Positions 1 to 11,340 are shown, counted from the first letter of the stretch. The stretch: DNA of 64,000 bases from Eledone cirrhosa (GCA_964016885.1 OZ024740.1:158596001-158660000); one strand, 5' to 3'. The notes: generated by a model not told the origin, from the sequence alone. Numbers and translations: made by a program.

Positions 1-426
1 GGATGCCCTTCCTAACACCAACCACATTTACAGTGTGGGGCTGGGAGGTTTTTACCGTGTTGCCTACACGGCCACATTACAGCGTGGACTGTCTGGCAGG
101 TTTTCTACAGCTGGATGCCCTTCCTAACACCAACCACATTTACAGTGTGGGACTGGGAGGTTTTTACCGTGTTGCCTACACGGTCACATTACAGCGTGGA
201 CTGTGTGTTTTTTTGTCGTGACACCTACACGATCTCGTTTGTTTCGGCCTGGATTTTGTGGCACCAACATAACTTTACATTGAAAGGGGCGGTGTGGATG
301 GGGTGGGGGTGGTGGGACGGGGGTGTATTTTGTTAGAGATGCCTACTGACTGTAGTAGGTTTTACTTTGTATTTAGGTAACGCGGGTCTTCTCTATTACT
401 GAGTACCGCCAAAGCTCTCGGTCCAG
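1..426 (-). mobile_element. RTE LINE 3' end (ORF C-terminus plus long 3' UTR), running off the window edge, with an internal 112-bp-offset duplication
   Basis: The minus strand encodes [15 protein letters not shown] followed by the same UTR as 6610-7168. Bases 1-92 are repeated at 113-204. Confidence 0.85.
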
Positions 427-549
427 ATATATATGTATATGTATGTACATATATATATATGTATATATATATGTATGTATATATATATATATATATTTAT
501 ATGTATGTGTATATATATGTATGTATATATATATATATGTATATGTATG

Positions 550-582
<33 letters not shown>

Positions 583-619
583 ATATATATGTATATGCAT
601 ATATATGTATATGTATATG

Positions 620-651
<32 letters not shown>

Positions 652-755
652 TGTATATATATATGTATATGTATGTATATATATATATATATGTATATGT
701 ATGTATATATATATATATATGTATATGTATGTATATATATATATATATATGTATG

Positions 756-790
<35 letters not shown>

Positions 791-986
791 GTATATGTAT
801 GTATATATATGTATATGTATATGTATGTATATATATATATATGTATATGTATGTATATATATATATATGTATATGTATATATATGTATATGTATATGCAT
901 ATATATGTATATGTATGTATATATATATATATGTATATGTATATGCATATATATGTATATGTATATGCATGTATGTATATATATAT
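427..986. repeat. (TA)n/(TATG)n compound microsatellite
   Basis: Seen directly. It explains the YI-rich ORFs here. Confidence 0.97.
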
Positions 987-1329
987 GAGTGTGTATATTT
1001 TTCGGAGAGTGCTATTTCAACAAACAGTTGGGGATATGGAATTGAAAAATACAGTGCTGCTGACGGATCTATGGAAAGTAATCTTCATTTGGTATTTGTG
1101 CGAACAAAGAATATAATACTGCTACACATTTGGCATACCATGTATGTATAATTGTTTCTATATATAAAACATGATCTATATGAAACATATCTTTAGGTAT
1201 GATGCAAATATATATCTACATTTATTTTAGTATATATTTATTTTGATATACATAGATACACACACACACACACACACACACTTTTCTATAAGCAGGGAAC
1301 AGATTTAATTTCAAACATCTTCTTTGCAC

Positions 1330-1885
1330 ATTATTCCTGAGATGATCTTTTGGGGTGAGTCCTCAAACACTCCTTCCAGTGAGTCCTGTCAGAAGCAGCC
1401 GCGTCCAATTGATCTGGCAGGATCCCCAAGTGTGATCAGCCAAGCTCATGCATGTTATCCAACCATCTTGCTCAGAGTCAGCCTCTGAGTCTCCTACTGT
1501 CCAGCGATTCTTTCCTGAGACATTCTAACCACAAGCTCATAGCATTGGAGCTGTGATCTCTCAATTCGGGGAGAAGTAGCGACTCTACCTGGAGTGACAC
1601 TCTGATTTCCGAGCTATGCATTTTATCGAGTAACGTTACTTCAAAGACCCTTCTGAGGAGCCTTATTTAGACCGCTTGTATTTGCAATTGTATTCTTTCG
1701 GTCATTACCCAAATTTCATGACGATAGGGGTTAGCACGAATACTGAATTGAAGATAGCGAGTTTGGCTTTTACGCCTACCTCCCTTCTTCTGATTACTGA
1801 ATGCATAACCTGATGCATTACTGCACCAGCCCATGCAATTCTTCCACTTAATTCAGCCTCCTGCCTTCCATCACTCCATAACAAA
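1330..1885 (-). mobile_element. Degenerate RTE LINE (Rex3/Expander-like), RT C-terminal region
   Basis: Manual minus-strand translation gives WSDGRQEAELSGRIAWAGAVMHQVMHSVIRRREVGVKAKLAIFNSVF..YRHEIWVMTERIQLQIQAV*IRLLRRV, which matches RTE post-RT motifs (YGHELWVMTER type). Stops and frameshifts are present. Confidence 0.8.
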
Positions 1886-2589
1886 CATGTTATATTAATA
1901 ACATAATTTTTATGAATGATTTTTCATATTTATTTATTAGTTCTTTATGTTCAGTTTTGGGCAGTAGCAACCCTAAATTTATTGTTAAAGTTTTGAGACA
2001 TTCACTGCTTCATCCTTGGGATGAAAATATGTTGTTTGTGTGCTTTGCAATAGGTTTTGGAGGATCCTAGGAGTACTGTTTTTGAGGGAGGGTGGATGTC
2101 TTATGTATCTACGTGTGGGTCTCTCACCAATTATATTTCAGTTAAGTCTTGTCACTTCATTCACCGTCTCTCCTAACAAGGGACTGCATTAGATGTAACT
2201 TCCATCACAGTGGATATCTAATGAGGGCCTGCATTGGATCTGACTATTTAAAACATCATACCATCACCAGTACTTGATTAACCATAAAGCATAATAAGCA
2301 TATGCTTAAGGCATTATGGGAAGAGGAGTACCATTATATTCAAATTAAATGTATTTGCCATTTCAAAAAATAATTTTTTTTTGTGGATTTTATATATGGA
2401 GAGGCACTAATTTTTTAAGTGCTTAGCACTATGAAATGACAGTATCTAGCCCTGGCTATCACCCTATTCTACTTCTAGTCATCACTTCCACTCTCCCCTG
2501 GTGATTCATTATAGACAAGCATCATTCTTATCATCACTAAACTATATTACTATCCAGCATTTTACCAATCTTTTATTAGCCAGCTGGTT

Positions 2590-3345
2590 GTCACTTGAAG
2601 TGGTAGAGCTCTTACCATGATACAATGCACCCAGCCTACCTTGTTAAGTGGTGGGGCTGGTACCACAATAAAATGCATGCAACCCACCCTGTAAAGTGGT
2701 AGTGCTGGTGCCATAATAAACAAACCCAGTAGGCACTTGAAAAGTGGTAGAGCTCTTACCATGATACAATGCACCCAGCCTACCTTGTTAAGTGGTGGGG
2801 TTGGTACCACAATAAAATGCATGCAACCCACCCTGTAAAGTGGTAGTGCTAGTGCCATAATAAACAAACCCAGTGTGCACTTGAAAAGTGGTAGTGCTAG
2901 TACCATGATACAATGCACCCAGCCTACCTTGTTAAGTGGTGGGGTTGGTACCACAATAAAATGCATCCAACCCACTCTGTAAAGTGGTAGTGCTGGTGCC
3001 ATAATAAACAAACCCACTGTGCACTTGAAAAGTGGTAGTGCTAGTACCATGATACAATGCACCCAGCCTACCTTGTTAAGTGGTGGGGTTGGTACCACAA
3101 TAAAATGCATCCAACCCACCCTGTAAAGTGGTAGTGCTGGTGCCATAATAAACAAACCCAGTGTGCACTTGAAAAGTGGTAGTGCTAGTACCATGATACA
3201 ATGCACCCAGCCTACCTTGTTAAGTGGTAGGGTTGGTACCATGACATAATGCACCTAGTCTACCATGTAAAACGGTAGTGCTTCGGCCACGATTAAATGC
3301 TCTCAGCCCACTCTATAAAGTGGTTGGCATTAGGAAATACATCCA
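2590..3345 (+). repeat. Minisatellite with a 144-bp higher-order unit (3 x 48 bp), about 4.5 copies, derived from the SINE/RTE-UTR module
   Basis: ORF 2562-3254 has 48-aa periodicity built from three 16-aa subunits. The array runs into the degenerate SINE continuation aaagtggttggcattaggaaa. Confidence 0.9.
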
Positions 3346-3578
3346 GTCATAGTAATCATGGAACATATGAGCAAGATGTGGTCATCTGATCTGTCAGATC
3401 TTTGATTGTAACAAATTGTCTAACTAATGCTGACATAGAAAATAGATCTAATACGATGGTGTTTATGTATGTATGTGTTGTGTGTATGTCTCTGTTAATT
3501 TGAGGCAGTTAGTGTGCCTCTATGTAGTTGCTTAACTTATTAGTAGTAACACTAGAATTACATCACAACCTACCATCT

Positions 3579-3808
3579 TTAACCCTTTAGCATTTAAACC
3601 AGCCATATCCGGCCAGAGTACTCTCACCTCTTTCTGTTCAAACTGGCCATAGGCAGCCACTCATACTGATGTTAAGGTATTGTTCTCAAAATAAGTAACA
3701 TCAAAATTCTCATAGATTCGATATTATATGAGATAGTTGTGTGAGATAAAGCCTTTACCACGAAAGTACAATAGTATATATAGAGTAATGTAAATGATAA
3801 AGGGTTAA
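3579..3808 (+). mobile_element. piggyBac-type MITE, family A
   Basis: TTAA-CCCTTTAGCATTTA ... TAAATGATAAAGGG-TTAA. The TIRs match at 13/14, and TTAA flanks with CCC/GGG ends are piggyBac hallmarks. Confidence 0.8.
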
Positions 3809-4576
3809 AAGGATTTGACCCTTTAGTCCTTAAGACACCACATAGGATATAGTGGTCATGTCAGTAAGGCATTTGCTTATAGTAGGTTTGCCCAATTTTG
3901 TCTGACTTTGAGGCCAAACAACAGCAAGGAACACCACCACCTCAACAACAACAACCTCCTTTACTAACTGATGAAAGAGGTGTAAGAATATGAAAAAAAT
4001 ATGGAAAAATTTCATGGTAATTCAAAAAGGAAAGGCTGACTGTAACCCCACCCACCATGAAATTCTGGTCTTTGCACTCAAACGGGAGCACATTACAGGA
4101 ATAACATGCAGAATAGTATTTCATAGAAATCTCACAGAAAATTTTTCAGAATTAATCTATTATATAAAAGTTACATTAAACTGAAGGGCCTTTCTGACGT
4201 CAGCAGAACTGTAGAATATGTTACTCAGCATGGTGTTTCCCCAGACTTTGGGCAATATGTTTAGATGTGTCTCTATAACAACCACACACATTTTGGTAGG
4301 AGTGTGTTTATATTTATATATATATGTGTGTGTATGTGTGTGTATATATATATGTGTGTGTGTGTATATATATATATATGTGTGTATATATATATATGTG
4401 TGTGTATATGTATGTATATATGTGTTTATATGCATATGTATGTATATTTATGTAAATATGTATGAGTATGAATGTATATTTATGTACATGTATGTTTATA
4501 TATATATATACACATATATATATGTATTATGAATAAGAAAGGCGGTTTTGTGTGTACATCTTTTTATTACATCATT

Positions 4577-4645
4577 CTGTTATACGTATTTCGAAGATGT
4601 CAGAGTTTTTGCATAATAACCTTCTGACATGTTCTCATCAGACAG
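4577..4645 (-). ncRNA. Minimal type I hammerhead ribozyme motif (Penelope-type)
   Basis: Minus strand reads CTGT-CTGATGA-GAACATGTCAGA..TCTGACATCTTC-GAAA-TACGTA-TA-ACAG. All core nucleotides are present, stem II pairs 11/12, stem III is palindromic and stem I is 4 bp. Confidence 0.75.
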
Positions 4646-4947
4646 TTTAAGATGTGTGGTTTTAGTTTTTGATATGCTACTGGTTTATTGTTGTGTCTCT
4701 CCTTTGTTCTGTCCTATACCATCTTGTTTTTGTGTCTCTATAACAACCACACATATTTTGGTAGGAGTGTGTATGTGTGTATATATATATATATAGGTAA
4801 AATTTGGTTAAAATGAATGCCATTATAACATTTTTTTCAATCCCTGGCCATACGCTTGATCTATTAGGTTGATCTCATTATAAAGAATTTTTTGTTACAA
4901 CAAATTTTTTTTTATACCCTATGAATTTCATTATGAAGGGATTTCAC

Positions 4948-4979
<32 letters not shown>

Positions 4980-5370
4980 TGTGTGTAACACAAAAACAAG
5001 ATGGTGTAGGACAGAACAAATGAGACACAAAATAACAAGTTGAAATCACATAGGTGTTGTAGGGAACACAGTAACATGATTTATTATTAGAAATATTTAT
5101 GATGCTTATGTATTGAATGTGTATCCTAATAAGAGTGGTGTGATATTAACCCTTAATTGCTTATGACAGTCTGTGTGTGACTGTGTAAATATATATATAT
5201 ACACATAATGTTGAAATATATAGAAATATGTAAAACATACTGACATGTGTGTGCACACACACACACACATATATATATATATACTTGCACATATTTATAT
5301 CCACATTTTTAACTATCTATCCATATACATATGTATGTTTGTGTGTGTGTGTGTCTAATACATATATATA

Positions 5371-5660
5371 TCATCATCATCTTCGTTTTATGTCTATTCT
5401 TCCACGCTAGCATGGATTAGACGGGTTGTCCTGTTGTGGGCAGTGCCCGGTCAGCTGACCTTGTCTTGCTCATATGGGAACTGATTCTGGTTTGATTTCT
5501 ACAGCTGGATGCCCTTCCTAACACCAACCTCATTTACAGTGAGTGCTGGGTGCTCTTTTGCCGTGGCGCCTACACGTCCACTTTGTAGTGGGTAGGGGTG
5601 GGGCATATTGTCTATATGCTTCAACTTCGGCTTGTACCCATGGGAAGTTGGATCTTCTAA
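5371..5660 (-). mobile_element. 5'-truncated SINE/RTE-UTR element with (GAT)n tail
   Basis: Carries the catcatcat tail, the tccacgctagcatgg motif and ggatgcccttcctaacaccaacc. Related copies lie at 29486-29825 and 44800-45081. Confidence 0.8.
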
Positions 5661-5661
5661 C

Positions 5662-6215
5662 TATATATACAGCATCTTGGCAAGCAATGGCGATGCAGAG
5701 CTTGACATTAACTGTCGGATCAGCAAAGGAGCTGCAGGTTTCCAGCGGTTGCATCCAGTCTGGTTGACTTCATGCATCAGCACCAAAACCATCGTGCTGC
5801 TGACAATGCTTTACACGAGTGAAACCTGGAAGAGCACGGCAAAGATAGAGAGACTGCTAAACACTTTCCACCAGCGGGGACTGTGAATGATCCTTCGAGT
5901 GTCCTGGCACGACCAAGTGCGAAACGAGGAAATCCTGCAGAGAGCCGAGTAATGGACACTACAGAGGATGGTCGCAGAGTTCCGGTACCACCTGGCTGGC
6001 CATATTCTGTGCCTGCCTGACGAACGACACTTGAAAACAATAATGAACGGAGGTGGGGTTGCCCCAGGATCATCTGGTGATGAATGTTCCGAAAAGATCT
6101 GATGGCAGCCAACACCATGTGGCACGGATGCGAAAAGCTGCCGCTGATCGTGACCATTGGCGAGTACTTACTGTCCGATGTGCCGAATGGCGCGGAAGAG
6201 CCTCAGACTAAGACA
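5662..6215 (+). mobile_element. 5'-truncated degenerate RTE-clade LINE
   Basis: Translates as SILASNGDAELDINCRISKGAAGFQRLHPVW..MLYTSETWKSTAKIERLLNTFHQRGL*MILRVSWHDQVRNEEIL, with in-frame stops. Confidence 0.85.
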
Positions 6216-6317
6216 TACAATGTGTTCCCAAAATGTATACACACTTCAACAGCATTCTAATAAATATTGTCTGTACAGGTAATCAAAGTGTGTATACATT
6301 TTTTTGGACACCCGCTA
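6216..6317. mobile_element. Tc1/mariner-type MITE (degenerate)
   Basis: Inverted ends tgttcccaaaatgtatacacactt / aagtgtgtatacatttttttggacaccc. A related copy lies at 29075-29151. Confidence 0.6.
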
Positions 6318-6546
6318 TTTATATATAAACATATTAAACTTGAGCCAAAATCTCAGTTTGTGTGGGGGGATATAAGCTTCTGAGTTGATAATTTGTCTTT
6401 ATATTTTATCCTTTCATTAAGATGTCTATTAGAGACAAATAACTTTTGAATTGATATATGTGTGTGTGCCCGTGTCCGTCCATTTATATAAATATATACT
6501 TATATAAATCTATCTTTATATGTTTGTGTGTGTATATATATATATG

Positions 6547-6609
<63 letters not shown>

Positions 6610-6612
<3 letters not shown>

Positions 6613-7168
6613 GTGCAGGGCAATAAAGATAGACGGTAGTCACGGAATAGGCAGACCTAGAAAAACCTGGGGCGAGCTGATAAACTCCGACATCACACAC
6701 TTACACCTCTCCAAGACAATGTCACTGGACCGAGACCTTTGGCGGTACTCAGTAACAGAGAAGACCCGCCTTACCTAAATATATAGTAAAACCTACTCCA
6801 GCCAGTAGGCATCTCTAACAAAATACACCCCGTCCCACCACCACCACCCCCACCCCATCCACACCACCCCGTTCTATGTAAAGTTATGTTGGTGCCGCGC
6901 CATCGAGGCCGAAACAAATGAGATCGTGTAGGTGTCACGACAAAAAAACACACAGTCCACGCTGTAATGTGGCCGTGTAGGCAACACGGTAAAAACCTCC
7001 CAGACCCACACTGTAAATGTGGTTGGTGTTAGGAAGGGCATCCAACTGTAGAAAACCTGCCAGACAGTCCTATGCGAGCAAGACAATCACTCTTGCCTCA
7101 AGTGGGACTACCCCCGTCCAAACCCATGCAAGCGTGGAACACGGACGTTAAACGTTGATGATGATGAT
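6610..7168 (+). mobile_element. 5'-truncated young RTE LINE with long 3' UTR, adjacent to (TA)n
   Basis: Translates as CRAIKIDGSHGIGRPRKTWGELINSD..DRDLWRYSVTEKTRLT*, followed by about 390 bp of UTR and a (GAT)n tail. Nearly identical to 32758-33284. Confidence 0.9.
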
Positions 7169-7479
7169 ACACACTTGTGTGTGTGTATAGAAGTATAAGA
7201 ATGAGTGTGAGGGAGAAATATGCACCCTGCCTTTCAAATCCCAATTATAATGGCCACCTAAGGAATGCATACCAACATGTTTAGTTATGTCTTCAGAGTA
7301 CAAACCTTACAATTAAGCTATCTTTATAATTATTATAGGCTTGCATCCTTCTTTCCATGTTGTATTAATAACTCCTACACAGGACTTTGATCTTACAAAT
7401 TTTTCCTTATTACTTTATCACGTCTTTTCCTTTTTAGTCTTCCAGCATATATCTCGTCATAAAATATTGTTTCGACAGT

Positions 7480-7575
7480 ATTGTCTAGTGGTAAGTGTGT
7501 TGGACTCATGATCATAATGTCATCGGTTCGATTCCTGGACTGTGCAGCATGTTCTTTTCTTGTGCTAGGCACTAC
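7480..7575 (+). mobile_element. tRNA-derived SINE head (degenerate)
   Basis: A-box-like tgtctagtgg and B-box ggttcgattcc. Resembles the SINE head at 25740-25872. Confidence 0.55.
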
Positions 7576-8152
7576 AATTAATGATAGAACTGAGGAGACT
7601 CCTATCATTGAAACACCCAGGAAACCACCTATGACATATAACTGTGTAGGAAGATAGCTAAACATTCATAGGATCAATCAGTAAATTTTATTTAATTTTT
7701 TTATATCATACAATTAGATGATTGTTTATGAAGCCCCGTGGGGTGGCTGTTGCAGCGGGTGTCGCTGGCTAGTGTCTGCGGGATGCAACCCCATTACCGC
7801 AGTGCTCTAGGCCCAGAGCCCAATCACGTTCCCACTTCCCCTCCCCATTCTTCTGTGACACTAGAGCCCATGCCTTTTACTTCCTTTACCGTTTTTTGTA
7901 TTTTCTTATTTTACATTACGTCCTAAGGGTAGTATGAGGTTTCTTTCTGAATCATAACAGCTATAATGAATAGAAACTGTGTGTTTATAAAGTATTGACT
8001 TTTTTTTTATATATGTTTTCTCTCACTATAATTCAATCCTTTCTTTACAATATTTCTAATGAATTTGAAAATATAGATGTTAGGTAAAATACTGAACTTT
8101 CTCATTAAGCTGAGTATAATAAATATAACAAAAGTTTTTACATAAAATTATA

Positions 8153-8341
8153 ATTGTTTCTACTTTCGGCACAAGGCCAGCAATTATTCCAGTACATTAC
8201 TGGTACTTTATTTTATCGATCCCGTAAGGATGAAAGGCAAAGTGAACCTCGGCAGGATTTGAACTCAGACTATAAAGGGGCATAACTCTAGGCTGCAAAG
8301 CATGGCATCCGACCTTCTACTGATTCTGCCAATCCCCCACC
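8153..8341 (-). mobile_element. tRNA-derived SINE (gcctttcatcc..gtcgataaaat central domain)
   Basis: Minus-strand A box TGGCAGAATC and B box GAGTTCAAATCC. Flanked by the duplicated target gtttttacataaaattataat. Confidence 0.85.
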
Positions 8342-8360
8342 GTTTTTACATAAAATTATA

Positions 8361-8546
8361 ATTGTTTCTACTTTAGGCACAAGGCCAGCATTTACCCAGG
8401 GTATTACTGGTACTTTATTTTATCGACCCCGTAAGGATGAAAGGCAAAGTCAACCTCGGCGGGATTTGAACTCAGATCGTAAAGGGACGTAACTACGCTA
8501 GAAAGCATGGCGTCCGCCCCTCTACCGATACTGCCAATCCTCTGCC
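8361..8546 (-). mobile_element. Second SINE of the same family at the same target site
   Basis: Same family but diverged from the first copy. Flanked by duplicated cataaaattataat. Confidence 0.85.
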
Positions 8547-8967
8547 CTCATAAAATTATAATGAAAGAGTGTTAGATAAACAATATAAATACTTTGAAAT
8601 AAAATGACTTGTATCATTGAACCAGATGTGGTTTGGTATTAAAAAGGTTAAATGATTTTAATAATTATTTGCAGAATTTACCTATGTACACATAATAGCA
8701 CATAGATAAACAATATCAGTTAAGCAATACCTTATTCTAAAATTTAAAATGGTTGAGATATATGTTAAATGCCCTCAGTTCTAATTATCTCAACCCTAAA
8801 TATTCTTCCTGGCTGAGTGGTTATGAACTTCACACTGCATCCTTCAAAACTTCCATGCTTCCCGAAATTCACTAACATACACATGTACACATTTATCTGT
8901 GTGTATATCATGACTCATACACTGTTCTCTTTCCTAACATTTGTACATTATTCTATGTACTATACAT

Positions 8968-9084
8968 AGTCTGAGTTCAAATCCTTTTGAGGTTAACTTT
9001 GCCTTTCATCCTTACGGGGTTGATAAAATAAAGCACCAGAAATGCACTGTGATAATTGCTGGCCTTGTGCCAAAAGAAGAAACA
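8968..9084 (+). mobile_element. 5'-truncated SINE with 21-bp TSD
   Basis: attattctatgtactatacat occurs at 8947-8967 and 9085-9105. Confidence 0.85.
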
Positions 9085-9174
9085 ATTATTCTATGTACTA
9101 TACATGCACCTTTGATGAGTTGTAGTGCACCTGAGTACTGTACACAATAATTTTCATTATTCATTATAGAAATA

Positions 9175-9300
9175 TGAAGGTCTCAGTTTTGATCTCATTG
9201 TGTGGCATCGTAAGCAAGTGTCATTTGCCCCATAGCCTCATGTCAACCCAAGTTTGTGAGTGAAATTAGGTAGACAGAAACTATTTGGAAGCCTATCAGA
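9175..9300 (+). mobile_element. CORE-type SINE fragment
   Basis: tgtggcatcgtaagcaagtgtc..gtgagtgaaattaggtagacagaaact. Related copies lie at about 45335-45490 (-) and 46555-46725 (+). Confidence 0.55.
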
Positions 9301-9367
9301 TCAGCTCTACCTGTAATTCAAAGGATCAGCATTGCCACACATTGTGTTATGCTAAATCTCCTTGATA

Positions 9368-9568
9368 TAGCATTTAAACCGGCCATATCCAGCCAGAATT
9401 CTCTCACCACTTACTGCTAAAACTGGTCATAACTGGCTGCTCATACTGATGTTAAGGTATTGTTCTCAAAATAAATAACATCAAAATCTCGTAGATTTGA
9501 TATTATGTGAGATAAAACCTTTACTGTGAAAATACAATAGTAAATATAGAGTAATGCTAAAGGGTTAA
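9368..9568 (+). mobile_element. piggyBac-type MITE family A, left end truncated
   Basis: Homologous to 3579-3808 and ends gctaaagggttaa. Confidence 0.75.
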
Positions 9569-9797
9569 GGGTTAATGGGTCTGTGAAATACCAGCCTCTT
9601 GCACGTTAATTTCATGCTAGGTTATACCATTGATCGAACAACAAAAACACTGATCATCAAAATCTAAAGAGGTTCATTCCATTTTGATATGTGTATATAT
9701 TGGCAGAATTTATTCTTAGAAAATAAAGAGGCATAATTAAATGCCTCAAAGCATTTTCTTCAGACCTTTTTTTCTGATTCTAGCATTCCCTGACCTT

Positions 9798-10061
9798 TTA
9801 ACCTCTTTGATACCAAATTATTTGAAATCCCGCCTGGTTCTATGATACAAAACTGTTAGCTTTAAAGTGTATGTAATTATCTAAAATCTTCCATCATGAT
9901 TTTATGTAAGAACTTTTGCTGAGTTATTATTCCAAACACCAGCTTCATACTGAGAAAGTAAATCTATGACTAAATCCCTGCTAATTCTTGATTATTTTCA
10001 AAAATAGTTTGAAAATAATAGATAGTACTTTTCATTAGAAATACTGTAATGAAAGGGTTAA
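9798..10061 (+). mobile_element. piggyBac-type MITE family B
   Basis: ttaacctctttgataccaaa ... aatgaaagggttaa. Confidence 0.65.
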
Positions 10062-10566
10062 TAAACATATATTGAATTTTACTAACTCAATTCTAAGATC
10101 ATATTTTGGAGATGGGCACATAGAATTACATTGGTCCCTAAAACATAAATTGTAATTCCAGAGGGATAAAATTCATAATGGGAAAATGTAAAATATGACT
10201 AGAATTTAGAAAGTAAAGGATTGTAACTCAATACCACAAGGCATTTTTCTGACAGACATTCTATCAATGTGGTAATTTTCTGCCTCCCCTTATAATGAAA
10301 ATAGATTAGAAATATATATTCATTTAAACTTTCATGAATTTTTATGAGGAAATCAAACAAAAAATGTAAAAAAGTAAAGAGAGAAATATAAAAAGGAGTG
10401 CCATATATTAAGATATATGAATGTTTTTCTCAAGAAGTTGGATGGCTGGCTCCCAGACAAACTTCTTTCAAAAACTTAACCAACCAAATGTTGTTACAAA
10501 AGAATGTATATTTTCCATAGTGTATGTGTATTTGTGTATATGTGTGTATATATTTATATATGTTTG

Positions 10567-10598
<32 letters not shown>

Positions 10599-10605
10599 TA
10601 TATTT

Positions 10606-10815
10606 ATAGGAACGAGTAGGACCCCGATGGGTGAGCTCAAGCCGTTTCGACGGCTAATTCTGGACCCTAATCAGTCCAGAATTAGCCGTCGAAACGGCTT
10701 GAGCTCAGCCGTTGGGTCCTACTCGTTCCTATTACCCACTCTACTACCCTAAGTATTGAGTACTTTGGTGCATTATGGTCCACTTGGTTCCTTACCACAT
10801 TTCCTTCATTATATA
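10606..10815. repeat. Foldback element: hairpin of about 59-bp arms plus an 80-bp tail
   Basis: Arms span 10606-10666 and 10674-10732 around the loop cctaatca. A related partial copy lies on the opposite strand at about 31975-32112. Confidence 0.85.
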
Positions 10816-10913
10816 TATTTATATATAAATATATGTGTGTTTAATGGTAGCTATGATGCTTCCATAGGCGGTATGTCAGTTGAGTACTCTATGTTCTTAC
10901 AGAGCAGAGTGTG

Positions 10914-11069
10914 ATATAATATAAAACGAAAAATCAGTGATGCATCTGGACTCAGTTTATTGTGTGTTACAATTGTTTCGCCGGCAGATAGCTCGAGACA
11001 CGATCATTGTAACACACAATAAACTGAGTCCAGATGTATCAATCACTGATTTTTCGTTTTATATTATAT
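10914..11069. repeat. Inverted repeat with arms of about 60 bp and a 32-bp spacer
   Basis: atataatataaaacgaaaaatcagtgat..tgtgtgttacaat and its reverse complement. Confidence 0.9.
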
Positions 11070-11098
11070 ATACACACACGCACACACACACACACATA

Positions 11099-11340
11099 TA
11101 TCCCTTTTTGAAAATTGGGATTATTGTTCCCGATTCTTATTGCTTAGGTCCCTTTCCAGAGATCCAGGCCACCCGGCACACAAAATTCAGCCAGAGAACA
11201 TTATTTAAGGCTTTTAACATCTTGGGTTGAATTTCATCATCCCCAGTGGCCTGGCTACATTTAAACTCTTTAATTGCTCTTGTGAACTCAGCCTTCAAAA
11301 GATTAGTCATTGCTCCCAGATGCACTTCGTGTTCATCAGA
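11099..11340 (-). mobile_element. Internal RTE fragment (pre-RT region, Rex3/Expander-like)
   Basis: AEFTRAIKEFKCSQATGDDEIQPKMLKAL..VCRVAWISGKGPKQ*ESGTIIPIFKKG matches the KAPGxDEI..PxxW..IPIFKKGD motif. Confidence 0.85.

Larger units (their letters stand above)
8031..8651 (-). mobile_element. piggyBac-type MITE family B (degenerate), interrupted by two SINEs
   Basis: Ends in gtttggtattaaaaaggttaa. The flanking pieces resemble 9798-10061 and 34825-35045. Confidence 0.55.

Noticed and set aside
373-1151. YI/YV/HT-rich ORFs here and near 4.2, 13.8, 16, 17.6, 27.6, 41.6 and 45.5 kb
   Set aside because: They are translations of dinucleotide microsatellites.
2562-3254. 230-aa hydrophobic repeat ORF
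   Set aside because: It is an antisense translation of the 144-bp minisatellite.
7730-7950. GC-rich unique patch, possibly an exon or an L1/Tx1 3' end
   Set aside because: I could not support any motif or splice structure by eye.
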